Part shown: piece by piece, positions 17,173-26,925 of the stretch
Position numbering within the stretch: position 1 is the stretch's first letter
How the letters are laid out: each line of letters opens with the position of its first letter
Origin: a virus
Lineage: Duplodnaviria > Caudoviricetes
Reading direction: 5' to 3' (one strand)
DNA length: 59,197 bases
IMG/VR virus record: IMGVR_UViG_3300027985_000657
Location: 1 to 59,197 of that record
Translations under genes and position numbers: made by a program
Notes under the pieces: generated by a model
What the model saw: the letters and a program-made list of their open reading frames with translations, nothing else
The model's database searches: none
Told to the model about the DNA's origin: nothing

Positions 17173-17946
17173 CTAGTAGCTGTATACTTGTTTTGGTCTT
17201 GTGTTATATCTAATTGCACCACATGGTTCATTATCCGGTGTTAAAACAGTATCAATACTAATATCAATGATGCCTTGTTTACCGTCTTGTATTGACCAAC
17301 CCATGGTTTCACCAAGAACAGTTTCTTCTAACCCCAGAATATCAAACCAATCATTCAAAGTAGTTACACCAGACAAATCACCCATTGCTTGAGCATTCAA
17401 TTCGTTCGCTGCCTTTGATATGCGATTCCAATTAGTTTTGAAATATCTTCCAGACAATTCTTCATAAAATAAACTATCGCCGTCTCCAATAAGGGTAACA
17501 TTATTTATTCCATCTTTATATGTCTTTCTGACTTTTTCTTCTGAAATACTTTCCTCAATCTTCTCAAATTTCTTATCGCCGATTAAGGTTTTTGTTGTTT
17601 CTTTATACTCTTGAAGAGCAGTTTCTGACAATGTATATGCAGCTGCCAACATAATATTCCTTTTATTTGCTATGCGATTTCCAGCAATTATACAAGGGAT
17701 TGACATGCCGGTACTTACAACAACAGGTAAATAATCTTTCCAGGATAACTTAAATATTTCTTCAATAGTAAGTTTATCCTTTTTTAATTGTTGTTTTCTT
17801 TGTTCAACCTTCTTTGTTACTTTTGCAGTTGCTTTTATTCCCCATACAACTGAAAATAACATACCAGAGATACCCATTGTCATAAGTATCTCGGGTTCAT
17901 GTTGCGCTAAAAATGGTTTTATTGTTTTTAATATGTTACTCTTCAT
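17173..17946 (-). CDS. Membrane-associated paralog 2 (DUF6353-like)
   Basis: HEPEIL...KATAK...YLPV...LAAAYTLSE..L.EY...FYEELSGRYF...LN.W...LGL...MGW. Confidence 0.75.
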   Translation of the reverse strand: MKSNILKTIKPFLAQHEPEILMTMGISGMLFSVVWGIKATAKVTKKVEQRKQQLKKDKLTIEEIFKLSWKDYLPVVVSTGMSIPCIIAGNRIANKRNIMLAAAYTLSETALQEYKETTKTLIGDKKFEKIEESISEEKVRKTYKDGINNVTLIGDGDSLFYEELSGRYFKTNWNRISKAANELNAQAMGDLSGVTTLNDWFDILGLEETVLGETMGWSIQDGKQGIIDISIDTVLTPDNEPCGAIRYNTRPKQVYSY

Positions 17947-18889
17947 CCTCGTTGACCTCTCCATCATTGTCATTTTTGATTTTTATTAGTTTACCATCAG
18001 GACCTTTAGTATATCCGAACATTTCAAATGTGGCATACTCATGATTTGGATTATCCAGGAATGGGTCAAAATCTAAATCAAGACGTTCTTCATAGTCTTC
18101 GACACCAAGCATAATTGGATCTTCCAACCAAGAAATGACTTTATATGGTATTTGAGGTTCGACATCATCAATTGTAATCTCATCTACTAATTGCATGTGA
18201 ATCCAGATTATATCTTTTGTTTCAGATAAATAATCCATTGTCCATCCCCATGAAGAAAGGTATTCTTTCGTAATTGAAGTATCAATAATATTAGCTTTTG
18301 CTAATTCTACAAATTGTAGCAACGTTACTCCTTCAAAAACTTCATCTGTTGGATATCCATTCAAAGTTCCATTCATCATTTCATTGATTGTAGCATATGC
18401 ATACATAACATCTTCGGGTAGGGCTTGAAAATATCCAATTAGTTCATCATAGTAAAGTTCTCTACGATCCCCTTCATCTCTAGTTATGTGCTGTTTTACT
18501 GCTTTTTGTTCCTTTTGTGATAAACTTTTCAGAATATCATTGTGTGCATCAACACCAAGTACAGATTTTACTTGATGTTTGTATTTTTTCCACCCTTGGT
18601 CGGCAATTACAGCCATTGACATAATAGAAGCCTGCGCTTTATTACTCATAATTGTTGAGCCAACTATTGATGAAATTGTTGCTATTCCAGCTATTCCAGT
18701 TGGAATATAAATCTTGTACAAAGCCATTATCTTTTCTTTTAAAGGTAGTGATTCAAAATTATGAATTTTCTTTCGTACAATTGATTCTTTCATTGCTGCT
18801 TTTCTTGCTAATATTGCCGTCCCTACAGTTCCTATTGCTCCAACCACGGAAAAGCCAACTGCAAGTACTTGTTTTGTTTTTAGATTCAC
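17936..18889 (-). CDS. Membrane-associated paralog 3 (DUF6353-like)
   Basis: GTG start with AAGGAGAACTTAG RBS; two hydrophobic segments, YIPT, YYDELIGYF, WGW. Confidence 0.7.
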   Translation of the reverse strand: MNLKTKQVLAVGFSVVGAIGTVGTAILARKAAMKESIVRKKIHNFESLPLKEKIMALYKIYIPTGIAGIATISSIVGSTIMSNKAQASIMSMAVIADQGWKKYKHQVKSVLGVDAHNDILKSLSQKEQKAVKQHITRDEGDRRELYYDELIGYFQALPEDVMYAYATINEMMNGTLNGYPTDEVFEGVTLLQFVELAKANIIDTSITKEYLSSWGWTMDYLSETKDIIWIHMQLVDEITIDDVEPQIPYKVISWLEDPIMLGVEDYEERLDLDFDPFLDNPNHEYATFEMFGYTKGPDGKLIKIKNDNDGEVNEDEE

Positions 18890-18964
18890 TTTCTAAGTTC
18901 TCCTTCTCTTCTAAAATATAAATGAAGAGCATATGAAATGCTCTTAACATTTAGTGAAATTACA

Positions 18965-19165
18965 TTATTCATTAGGATCTTTTTCTGGATCAACTTTTGG
19001 TTTATTTTGTTCTTCTACAACTGCTGTAGCAATCAACTTAATATCTTCCTTATTGAGTCTCTTCTTGCCTTTTCTAGCATCGTTAATCTCAATTACTCCG
19101 AATACAATTGAAGTTATTGCTGTTACAGCGATTCCTAATAAACCGATTTTTGTTGCTGTTTTCAT
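18965..19165 (-). CDS. Small membrane protein (cassette gene)
   Basis: N-terminal TM helix; promoter motif 19195-19222; AAGAGCAT/ATGCTCTT terminator at about 18924-18945. Confidence 0.75.
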   Translation of the reverse strand: MKTATKIGLLGIAVTAITSIVFGVIEINDARKGKKRLNKEDIKLIATAVVEEQNKPKVDPEKDPNE

Positions 19166-19194
19166 AAAATTTTCTCCTTTTTATTTTATTAACT

Positions 19195-19222
19195 TCATTA
19201 TAGTGAATGTTAATTTTGCGAA
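19195..19222 (-). promoter_or_regulatory. Phage promoter-like motif copy
   Basis: TTCGCAAAATTAACATTCACTATAATGA. Confidence 0.75.
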
Positions 19223-19593
19223 TTAAGCCACTCATTAGCTTCTGTATCTGTTGAGAATGTTTTGGTTTCAATTATTGGTTCTAAAATACTTCCATTATTT
19301 ATTTCCAAGACATACCCAAATGAGTTATAATATTCATCAACAACATTAATTCTTTTTTCTTTATTTACTAATTGGTCTTTTTGTTTTATTACTTTTTTAA
19401 TAGATATATCCCCGCATTCATATGCGGTATTTAATTCATGCATTGTACATAGATTAGAGAATTTGTATCCCAAATGTCTCAAGAAGTGATCTTTATCCTG
19501 TGATTTGCATGAATATCCATTAAGAAATCCCCATGAATCATATTTAGTATTAACTATATACGTGTGTTCTTTTTTAGAATCCATAAATTTCAC
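19210..19593 (-). CDS. Hypothetical protein
   Basis: 127-aa ORF coupled to its neighbours. Confidence 0.65.
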   Translation of the reverse strand: MKFMDSKKEHTYIVNTKYDSWGFLNGYSCKSQDKDHFLRHLGYKFSNLCTMHELNTAYECGDISIKKVIKQKDQLVNKEKRINVVDEYYNSFGYVLEINNGSILEPIIETKTFSTDTEANEWLNSQN

Positions 19594-19879
19594 TTCTCTT
19601 TCTTAAGAATATCAATAATTTTCTAACTACATTTAATTGAAATTTGTATGCATCGCTTTTAAAAGCCTCATGAGTTATAGAATATAATATTTCATATTGT
19701 TCTAACACATCAACCAAGTCATCAAATGGCCTATCCATACAATATTCAAGAACTTCATTCATAGCTAGTTGTTCATATAGCCGTTGTCTAAATTTCTTTT
19801 TAGATTTTCGAATATCATAATCCGGATATTCTTTTACGGCATAAGTTATTAGCTCACTAAGAAGATATCCGTTATACAT
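19574..19879 (-). CDS. Hypothetical protein
   Basis: 101 aa, AGGAGAA RBS. Confidence 0.7.
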   Translation of the reverse strand: MYNGYLLSELITYAVKEYPDYDIRKSKKKFRQRLYEQLAMNEVLEYCMDRPFDDLVDVLEQYEILYSITHEAFKSDAYKFQLNVVRKLLIFLRKRSEIYGF

Positions 19880-19898
19880 TATTCAAAATTCTCCTAAC

Positions 19899-20141
19899 TC
19901 ATTTTTTATCCCCTCTCGTGTGTCTGAGGATATTATTACAAGAATTTACTTGATTTTCGAGTTGTATATTTCTTTCTCGTAAATCCTTAATTTCTTCTTG
20001 TTGACATATACGATGGATTCGTGGAATTGATAGTTGATACTCTTTTGATAGTTCAACAACCATTGCCCCACTTTCACGAGCTTCATAAATATCACGATTT
20101 CTTTTTGACATTTCGTTTTGATTATTATTTAAACGTTTCAT
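19899..20141 (-). CDS. Small HTH (Mor-like) DNA-binding protein
   Basis: RNRDIYEARESG...ELSKEYQLSIPRIHRI. Confidence 0.7.
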   Translation of the reverse strand: MKRLNNNQNEMSKRNRDIYEARESGAMVVELSKEYQLSIPRIHRICQQEEIKDLRERNIQLENQVNSCNNILRHTRGDKK

Positions 20142-20386
20142 TTCTTAACACCTCTTAATACGGAAAGCATTTTCATATTTACCCTTAATTGTGTGTAAGA
20201 AACAAGAATCTGTAATCCCATTGAAGTTATCATAAATCCAGCAATGATTTTAAGACTATTATCACTAGTCTTAACAAGTTCCTCTGTTTTTCCAACAAAT
20301 GATTCAGCTTGCTTTACTAATGATTGTAATTTATTGCTACCATCATCAACAACCTCGTGGATTTTTTTGAATGTTTTTTTAAACAT
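20138..20386 (-). CDS. Small coiled-coil/membrane protein
   Basis: 82 aa, AAGGAGAA RBS, hydrophobic C-terminal segment. Confidence 0.7.
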   Translation of the reverse strand: MFKKTFKKIHEVVDDGSNKLQSLVKQAESFVGKTEELVKTSDNSLKIIAGFMITSMGLQILVSYTQLRVNMKMLSVLRGVKK

Positions 20387-20438
20387 TTTTGTTCTCCTTA
20401 TTTATTATTTTATAAGATTCAAGGGTAAATGAATACCC

Positions 20439-20984
20439 TTATTTTCTCGAAACACCTTTGATGAAGTTCCATGTTTCACTAGGAACTCTAACGTCGTCTT
20501 TATATATGGCTTTCAAAGACAATATCGACAAGCCAGCATAGATAATCAGTGGTAATCCAATTTCTAATCCTTTCATTACACCATTAAATATTTTGTCCGT
20601 CTTAGCCTTGTCTAAATCCATACTAAATTTCTTTTCCTCAAAGACTAGTTTAGAGTCCTCTAACGACATTTTTCGAATATCATTCTCGTTCATCGAATTG
20701 AACTTAATGTGGTCAAAGTCTAGCTTTGCCTTATCAAGAATCATTCGTGCATCTTCGAATTTCAATCGAGCTTTATCGACTTCAAGTTTTTCCTCATCTA
20801 GTTTGAGTCTTTTTCTTTTAATAAGATTTTCAACACTCTGACTTTCAATTTCTTTAATAGTGTTAACTACTTTAATTACACTAACCAGAATTTTACCTTT
20901 ATCTTCTGTACTGCTTGCGGTATTATACTCTTTAACCAAATCTTCGGCAATCGTATATAAGTCCGCTTTTGTTTTCACTTTCAT
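20439..20984 (-). CDS. Heptad-repeat coiled-coil protein with C-terminal TM helix (cassette gene)
   Basis: Repeated K/R-L-x-F/L-E/D heptads; promoter motif 21014-21041; AAGGGTA/TACCCTT terminator over the stop. Confidence 0.75.
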   Translation of the reverse strand: MKVKTKADLYTIAEDLVKEYNTASSTEDKGKILVSVIKVVNTIKEIESQSVENLIKRKRLKLDEEKLEVDKARLKFEDARMILDKAKLDFDHIKFNSMNENDIRKMSLEDSKLVFEEKKFSMDLDKAKTDKIFNGVMKGLEIGLPLIIYAGLSILSLKAIYKDDVRVPSETWNFIKGVSRK

Positions 20985-21013
20985 AAAATCTTCTCCTTTT
21001 TATTTTTATGTTC

Positions 21014-21041
21014 CTATAATAAGAAATGTAAAATATGCTAT
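21014..21041 (-). promoter_or_regulatory. Phage promoter-like motif copy (variant)
   Basis: ATAGCATATTTTACATTTCTTATTATAG, overlapping the upstream stop codon. Confidence 0.6.
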
Positions 21042-21274
21042 TTCAATTTATTTATTCTAAATATAACGTCCGCTGCATTTACTAACTCCTCTGGCGGAAT
21101 TTCAAATGCAACATACATTTGTGTGTCACCTTCTTTAGAATATAAATTGAGAATACCAGCATATACTGTTTTTTTCTCATGAGAAGTTTTTTGAAATTGT
21201 TTTCCCAAAACTACCCCCGCGCCAAAAATTCCAAAACCAACTAATATCTTAGTTATTTTTTTACCAATTTTCAT
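21038..21274 (-). CDS. Small membrane protein
   Basis: N-terminal Gly-rich TM helix. Confidence 0.7.
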   Translation of the reverse strand: MKIGKKITKILVGFGIFGAGVVLGKQFQKTSHEKKTVYAGILNLYSKEGDTQMYVAFEIPPEELVNAADVIFRINKLK

Positions 21275-21277
21275 AGT

Positions 21278-21814
21278 CTACTTACCAATGGGAATATAAC
21301 ATACTTCGTTAAGTAATTCTAACTGCTCAGCTTTTGTTAGAGCATTGGCTATATATTTATACTCTTTTAATAGCTGACTAAACGTATCCCTAAAACGATT
21401 TCTATCAGTATCCCATTTTTGTGATCCAATTTTTGAGAACACAATATCACATAAAGATTTGAACTCAGTAATTTCTGTTAGTATTTTACTGTTATGCATT
21501 TCAACATATTTATTTACATAACTATCCACTCTAGCATCTAAAACTGGAAATTCACTAACCTTTATGGTATCAATTGATCTGTATGATGGGCTAACGTATT
21601 CATGTTCATAGCTAAACAAGTTTTTATTTTCCTTATTAAACACATAAACACGTGCTTCAGTATCATTAATAGTTCCACGACTATTTTCAATTACGATATA
21701 TAATTCAAGATCACTATTATATAAAACTCTACTTATAAAATGGTTTTGATATTGGTCACATCTTTCTGGATACGGTGGTGTGTAGATATCTTTTGAATTA
21801 AGTATTGCATTCAT
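21278..21814 (-). CDS. Hypothetical protein
   Basis: 178 aa, GGAGG RBS. Confidence 0.7.
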   Translation of the reverse strand: MNAILNSKDIYTPPYPERCDQYQNHFISRVLYNSDLELYIVIENSRGTINDTEARVYVFNKENKNLFSYEHEYVSPSYRSIDTIKVSEFPVLDARVDSYVNKYVEMHNSKILTEITEFKSLCDIVFSKIGSQKWDTDRNRFRDTFSQLLKEYKYIANALTKAEQLELLNEVCYIPIGK

Positions 21815-21816
21815 TA

Positions 21817-21951
21817 TTATTTTTCCTCCGCTTTTCTTTTAAGTTTTTCATAACTAGTTCTTCTGACTATAACATAATCGGTGGATAGACCAACAATTAC
21901 CATCCCCATGATTATGCCGGCAAACATATACCTAAATGGTGCAAATATCAT
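21817..21951 (-). CDS. 44-aa membrane peptide (MIFAPFRYMFAGIIMGMVIVGL...)
   Basis: GGAGG RBS, ATGA overlap, fills the gap; below the track cutoff. Confidence 0.6.
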   Translation of the reverse strand: MIFAPFRYMFAGIIMGMVIVGLSTDYVIVRRTSYEKLKRKAEEK

Positions 21952-22244
21952 TTTGGTTCCTCCTTCTTTCTTAATTGAATCATCATCTTAACACTTTCTG
22001 CTAGATATGACTCATAATTGTTTTGGTCTTGCTCAATTGTTACCATGAGCATTTCTTTTGTTGGGTAAACAACTCTTGTGTACATTTTACCCTGTAATTC
22101 TGTGTCATACATAATGAGAACATTCCTACCATAACCACGTAGAGCAAATACTTTTACATCGTGTTTTTTATCCTCATGAATATAACTAGTTCCAATTTTA
22201 TTTTTTAGAACTTTTTCAATACGTTCTTTAATAGAATTATCCAT
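21948..22244 (-). CDS. Hypothetical protein
   Basis: Start reassigned to MDNSIK by GGAGG spacing. Confidence 0.65.
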   Translation of the reverse strand: MDNSIKERIEKVLKNKIGTSYIHEDKKHDVKVFALRGYGRNVLIMYDTELQGKMYTRVVYPTKEMLMVTIEQDQNNYESYLAESVKMMIQLRKKEEPK

Positions 22245-22632
22245 TATTTGATCCTCCATAAATTTTTTGGAATTCTTCGTCAGACATACTTAATCTAGTT
22301 TGTATAGTCAAATCATTCAACTTATTTATTTCTTTTAAATCGAACCATCCATCATACATTATAGACCAAGGTTCATATACTGAATAAAAATATTTTGCAT
22401 CTCCGTCATCAAGTTTAATATTCCTTTTTACTTTTTTAATTACAAATTCAACTGCTTGACCGGTATATACATGAAATCTTGCCAATTCTTCAACACGAAA
22501 TACATCATAATATGGTTGTATTCGAATTATTCGTTCCATACGAAGACGTTTAAGAACTTCGTAAAGATCATATTCCATTATACCGTTAATGGTATAGTAT
22601 CTACATACAACTGTATATAAATATTTACTCAT
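22237..22632 (-). CDS. Hypothetical protein
   Basis: 131 aa, AAGGAGA RBS. Confidence 0.7.
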   Translation of the reverse strand: MSKYLYTVVCRYYTINGIMEYDLYEVLKRLRMERIIRIQPYYDVFRVEELARFHVYTGQAVEFVIKKVKRNIKLDDGDAKYFYSVYEPWSIMYDGWFDLKEINKLNDLTIQTRLSMSDEEFQKIYGGSNNG

Positions 22633-22688
22633 GATTTTAAAACGTCTCCTTATCTTTCTAATTTAGGTAAATTAAGAAAAGGAAGAGC

Positions 22689-22910
22689 CTACGCAAAATA
22701 AGCTCTTACCTTTCTATAAATATTTCTTTCGATTCTAATCCAGTCAATACCAAATATCCATAACGTAAATGTTAGAATTCCTCTGATTATATACCAAGGC
22801 ACCTTAATTGCTATAATTACAATATCTCTGATTGTCTTGGCAGCATCGATTAAATTCCTTACAATATTACCTCTGAATAATACAGTATATCGTTTAAAAA
22901 ATCTTTTCAT
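22689..22910 (-). CDS. Small basic/hydrophobic protein (cassette gene)
   Basis: Promoter motif 22925-22952; AAGAGC/GCTCTT terminator over the stop. Confidence 0.7.
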   Translation of the reverse strand: MKRFFKRYTVLFRGNIVRNLIDAAKTIRDIVIIAIKVPWYIIRGILTFTLWIFGIDWIRIERNIYRKVRAYFA

Positions 22911-22924
22911 AAATATCAATCCTC

Positions 22925-22952
22925 CTATAATAAGAGATGAAATTTATGCGTT
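22925..22952 (-). promoter_or_regulatory. Phage promoter-like motif copy (variant)
   Basis: AACGCATAAATTTCATCTCTTATTATAG. Confidence 0.6.
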
Positions 22953-23201
22953 TACTTTCTTCAGTTCTACATTTCCTGGCTCATTTGAAATAACCTCAAA
23001 ATCTGTTCCAAATATTTTTACAATATCACCAACATCGGGCTTATCCCAATTATCACCAGACCATTTTTTAAGAACGAAGGGTTTATTATCTTTATGTTTT
23101 ACTTTAATAGTTTTTGTTTCGGATTTTTTCTTACATACTGAACAAATCATGTCACCTTCTGGTATTTCTTGACCACACGCCACACAATAATTAGTACACA
23201 T
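22944..23201 (-). CDS. Small Zn-finger protein
   Basis: CVACG...CSVC. Confidence 0.7.
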   Translation of the reverse strand: MCTNYCVACGQEIPEGDMICSVCKKKSETKTIKVKHKDNKPFVLKKWSGDNWDKPDVGDIVKIFGTDFEVISNEPGNVELKKVNA

Positions 23202-23533
23202 TAGTATATCCTCTGAATGATTACACAGTCTGCTGTTGTGCTTTCATCCCTATACTTTCTTCCGGAACTCCATATGAATTCTAAATTCTCAAAACCAGTA
23301 AAACCTTTAATATATTCAATATACAGATTTCTAGCTTTAACAAGAATTGGATTGTCAGAGGACATATAATTTTCAGATAATTTTGGTAATTTGTGTCTTG
23401 TTTTGCTTCGATATACTCGTTCTAGATGAGTCTTAAAATTTTCATAAGATATCAATAAATTACCATAGGTTGTAATAGTTTTAAATCCAGAATTTGTAAA
23501 TAATCCGAACTTTTCTTTTGATTGATCACCCAT
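23201..23533 (-). CDS. Hypothetical protein
   Basis: 110 aa, coupled to its neighbours. Confidence 0.65.
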   Translation of the reverse strand: MGDQSKEKFGLFTNSGFKTITTYGNLLISYENFKTHLERVYRSKTRHKLPKLSENYMSSDNPILVKARNLYIEYIKGFTGFENLEFIWSSGRKYRDESTTADCVIIQRIY

Positions 23534-23535
23534 GA

Positions 23536-24012
23536 TTAATGCACCGTATCGTAGTACTTACCAAGTTCTGTAGCAGAACCTTCAAACCATATTGCATCAT
23601 ATTTTGGTAATTCAGAGTATAACATATGCTTTACTCTAACTTTAATTTCTCTATACCAAAATCTGATTGCACTTGGAATATAAACTAAAAAGGGCATAAA
23701 TGGTCCAAAAATAGCATTCTGAACAGTATGTCCATATTCATGACTCATAAGACCTTTATTTGGACATGGCGCATGGACAAAAAATACAAGACCTATTGAG
23801 AACCCATAACCAATCCGATGTGAATTTTGATTGTATTTTAGTTGTAAATATAAAATTCCATTGTATTTTTTAACCGTACCAAATGGCAGCAACACTAACA
23901 ATAGAATAAAACCTAGAACGGTCATTAATAGTCCCCATGTCAAATTCAAAAACAAATATAAGAATTTGTTTGATATGACTTTTTTACCTAGATAATACGC
24001 AAAACCTTTCAT
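23536..24012 (-). CDS. Membrane protein with HExxH zinc-metallopeptidase motif
   Basis: TM helices, HEYGHTVQ, downstream WFE..A. Confidence 0.75.
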   Translation of the reverse strand: MKGFAYYLGKKVISNKFLYLFLNLTWGLLMTVLGFILLLVLLPFGTVKKYNGILYLQLKYNQNSHRIGYGFSIGLVFFVHAPCPNKGLMSHEYGHTVQNAIFGPFMPFLVYIPSAIRFWYREIKVRVKHMLYSELPKYDAIWFEGSATELGKYYDTVH

Positions 24013-24043
24013 TTTCTAAATTCTCCTTTTTTTTTATTTTTTA

Positions 24044-24412
24044 TTATCCTCTGTTTAAAAAATCAAAGTCATCTTCAAATACGATTTTATCATCTTTTTG
24101 GACTTCTCGTACTTTTATATGACCTGCTGAAAACGACACAACATAGTCTGCATTGAAATCAATTAAACCCTTAAGACGTTTTGCAATTTTTTCTTCGACC
24201 GTCTCATATTTAGGAATGACAACTACGTCCGCTTTCTTTTCTTCCGGTGGTAATAATTCTATTTCACTTTCAGCAAGTGTATATGGAACATTACCATTAT
24301 AGCATGAATAAAACTGTGCTGGTTTGCCATCCATTGCAGCCACGAATGGTGAATCAATAACAAACTTATTTTCTTTAATTCTTACATTATCTCCAAATTC
24401 AAATTTTGCCAT
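24044..24412 (-). CDS. Hypothetical protein (N-terminal KOW/SH3-like KFEFGDNVRI)
   Basis: 122 aa with RBS. Confidence 0.65.
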   Translation of the reverse strand: MAKFEFGDNVRIKENKFVIDSPFVAAMDGKPAQFYSCYNGNVPYTLAESEIELLPPEEKKADVVVIPKYETVEEKIAKRLKGLIDFNADYVVSFSAGHIKVREVQKDDKIVFEDDFDFLNRG

Positions 24413-24663
24413 TAATATCTGTCTCCTTCTGTTACTTTGATGTTTTGAACACCATAATATTTATGCTTTTTACCTCTAATTTTATTATAAGCATCTGTAT
24501 ATGACTTTGCCCACACATGACGCTTAACCTTAGAAACTAACTTATCCTTATAAAAAGTATTTTCTTGAATTATTCTTTCAAAAGTTACTAAATATCTTTT
24601 TCTATGAATAAGTTTGCTTATAAATCTTATGATTTTCTTATGAATTTTTCTTATTTTTTTCAT
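24412..24663 (-). CDS. Basic hypothetical protein
   Basis: 83 aa, TAATG-coupled. Confidence 0.65.
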   Translation of the reverse strand: MKKIRKIHKKIIRFISKLIHRKRYLVTFERIIQENTFYKDKLVSKVKRHVWAKSYTDAYNKIRGKKHKYYGVQNIKVTEGDRY

Positions 24664-24665
24664 GA

Positions 24666-25028
24666 TTATTTACCTGGACTTTCTGGTACTGAATGATAAT
24701 AGATTTTCAAAAACTCATGTAAATCATCTGCAAGTGTTGCTGGTGGAACAGGGTAATCATAAAAACCTACAATTTGAAGTGGGTTAAAACCCGTTCTTGC
24801 TATTCCATCAGAATATTCAAAACCACTTTTCATAATATCACCATCATCCCACACATGTTGAATCATCACCATATGACGTCCATCTGGTAGTGACATATCA
24901 GAAAATATCTTACCATCAAATACAAAATATTTTGTAATATTTGTATCCTTTGGCATAACCTTATTCGGATGTTTTTTTACAAAATATCCATTTCCTACCT
25001 GTACTAGTTCAAATACTTTTCTTTCCAT
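24666..25028 (-). CDS. Hypothetical protein
   Basis: 120 aa, AAGGAGAACTT RBS. Confidence 0.7.
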   Translation of the reverse strand: MERKVFELVQVGNGYFVKKHPNKVMPKDTNITKYFVFDGKIFSDMSLPDGRHMVMIQHVWDDGDIMKSGFEYSDGIARTGFNPLQIVGFYDYPVPPATLADDLHEFLKIYYHSVPESPGK

Positions 25029-25080
25029 TTTTTTAAGTTCTCCTTAGTTTTTTTAGATAAAGAAAAAAAAAGAAGCAGTA

Positions 25081-25299
25081 TTAAGCTTCTTTTGTAGCGG
25101 GTACTTCGCCGGAACCTTTGCCGTCTTTCTTCGCCGCTTTTTTAGCTAATCTTTCTTCTTTTTTTCTTAAAATTTCTTCTTGATAGTTTTCATCTTCGAG
25201 TTTATCTCTTCGAATTCTACTAACCGTATTTACCACGCCGTTTACTACGACACTGGTAACAATACTAGCACCTAAAATCTTCCAAAACATACCTTTCAT
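25081..25299 (-). CDS. Small membrane-anchored protein (cassette gene)
   Basis: N-terminal hydrophobic helix; promoter 25323-25350; AGAAGC/GCTTCT terminator over the stop. Confidence 0.75.
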   Translation of the reverse strand: MKGMFWKILGASIVTSVVVNGVVNTVSRIRRDKLEDENYQEEILRKKEERLAKKAAKKDGKGSGEVPATKEA

Positions 25300-25322
25300 T
25301 ATTAAAAACCTCCTTTAGTTTT

Positions 25323-25350
25323 CTATAAAGTGATATGTAAATTATGCGAA
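25323..25350 (-). promoter_or_regulatory. Phage promoter-like motif copy
   Basis: TTCGCATAATTTACATATCACTTTATAG (identical to 27308-27335). Confidence 0.8.
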
Positions 25351-25351
25351 T

Positions 25352-25483
25352 TTAGGCAAATATAAAATACAAAATAATACCGATTATAGACCATATTAGC
25401 AATGAAAATACTGTTGCCCAAAACATGCCTATAAAGAAATCAACACCAGATCGTTTCTCCATTTTTTCATCTTTGTATTCCAT
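25352..25483 (-). CDS. 43-aa membrane peptide (MEYKDEKMEKRSGVDFFIGMFWATVFSLLIW...)
   Basis: TGATG-coupled to the upstream ORF, long hydrophobic C-terminus; below the track cutoff. Confidence 0.6.
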   Translation of the reverse strand: MEYKDEKMEKRSGVDFFIGMFWATVFSLLIWSIIGIILYFIFA

Positions 25484-26136
25484 CATTTATCACCATGATG
25501 AATTGAAAATATCTTATTTCTTGTATGGTCTTCTACGCGGTATTTTGTTTCATCCCAAACTTCTTCATTACCTTTTTCAAGTTTTGATAATATTGGTCCA
25601 TTTTCATTACATGGAACTGTATATTCATCATATATATGAAAAACCGTTCTTGGTTCTGAAAAATGACTATGATCATCCACGAGTTCATAATACAAAACCT
25701 CATCAAATGGATCATTAATTTTAAATTCCTCATCAAGTTTTGCATAATGTTCTCTAACTTCATGATCACGTATACCAAATAGGTCCGCAATCATTCTTAC
25801 AGGGAATATGTAACCCCTAAAACTAGCCCATATAATTTCATATATATGATGTGTTTGAGGATTAAAGAAATCAGACATATCTCCACCAAATGTTGAATAA
25901 TCTGATAAAAAGATGTTTTGTGTGTAGTGTCTAATTAAAGTACCTAACAATTCTGGGTGCATACTTAAAAAATTAAACATTATTACATTACCAAGATTTC
26001 TTGGTGACATTAATTGTCTAGTATACTCATCTGACAATTTACCAATGGCATAATTTTTAACATAATAATCAATTTCTCTATGTCTGTTTACTGCCCAAAA
26101 CCACCCAATATTTGAAATATCAATCGTTTGTTTCAT
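25483..26136 (-). CDS. Hypothetical protein
   Basis: Start reassigned to MKQTID (AAGGAGAATTTAG RBS). Confidence 0.7.
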   Translation of the reverse strand: MKQTIDISNIGWFWAVNRHREIDYYVKNYAIGKLSDEYTRQLMSPRNLGNVIMFNFLSMHPELLGTLIRHYTQNIFLSDYSTFGGDMSDFFNPQTHHIYEIIWASFRGYIFPVRMIADLFGIRDHEVREHYAKLDEEFKINDPFDEVLYYELVDDHSHFSEPRTVFHIYDEYTVPCNENGPILSKLEKGNEEVWDETKYRVEDHTRNKIFSIHHGDK

Positions 26137-26161
26137 TTCTAAATTCTCCTTCTTTTTTTTA

Positions 26162-26680
26162 TTATTTTTTCTTATAAACGTATTCATAACTGTCAGTTAA
26201 CCAAGGCATTACTTTACTATCTCTAATAAAGAAGTGCTCTTGACCATCTGGTCGTCCAATTTTAATACTTGGACTTAATGTAACATTACCATTTGGCGAT
26301 TTTATAAATCCCCAATTATCACCATTTGGTTGTGATAGCCAGTGTTTGACTGGTATCTGTGTAAGATCATCAAATCCCGGCGATCTAAATACAACATAGT
26401 CATTAAATACTAACATTACATCTCTGTCAATATCTCCTAATTTTGAAAAATCAAAGTTCTTATTAACGAATTGTGTTTTATATACCGTAACTTTCGGTAA
26501 TAATTTAATCTGAACTTTGCGATATTCAATTGCTGAATCATCAACCACTTCAACATCACTATGCATAACTCCTCGATACTTATATGATGTTCTAACAGAT
26601 TCAAATATCAATGGTATTACTACACCATGGCTATATGTGTCGACAACATCATATACTTCACCTTTAAATTTTACTTTCAC
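26162..26680 (-). CDS. Hypothetical protein
   Basis: GTG start; C-terminal W.....TLSPSI...HFFIRD motif. Confidence 0.65.
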   Translation of the reverse strand: MKVKFKGEVYDVVDTYSHGVVIPLIFESVRTSYKYRGVMHSDVEVVDDSAIEYRKVQIKLLPKVTVYKTQFVNKNFDFSKLGDIDRDVMLVFNDYVVFRSPGFDDLTQIPVKHWLSQPNGDNWGFIKSPNGNVTLSPSIKIGRPDGQEHFFIRDSKVMPWLTDSYEYVYKKK

Positions 26681-26685
26681 GTCCG

Positions 26686-26883
26686 CTATCTCCCTAAAAT
26701 ATGTTTTTCGTAATACTCTTTTACATCCTCAAGTTTCATTTCCTGAAGACTTCCAGCATTGTAAATATCCATCATATGGATAAGTTTATTTCCATACCTA
26801 TCTCCGGCTTCACTTACTTGTCGAATATACCAGTCTTTAGTATTTGATTCTGATGATGCTGTTGTTTCAATAATTGTACTCAT
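26686..26883 (-). CDS. Hypothetical protein
   Basis: 65-aa ORF. Confidence 0.55.
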   Translation of the reverse strand: MSTIIETTASSESNTKDWYIRQVSEAGDRYGNKLIHMMDIYNAGSLQEMKLEDVKEYYEKHILGR

Positions 26884-26925
26884 TTTAATACACTTTTAGC
26901 ACAAAATAAAAGAGAATAGCATTTG

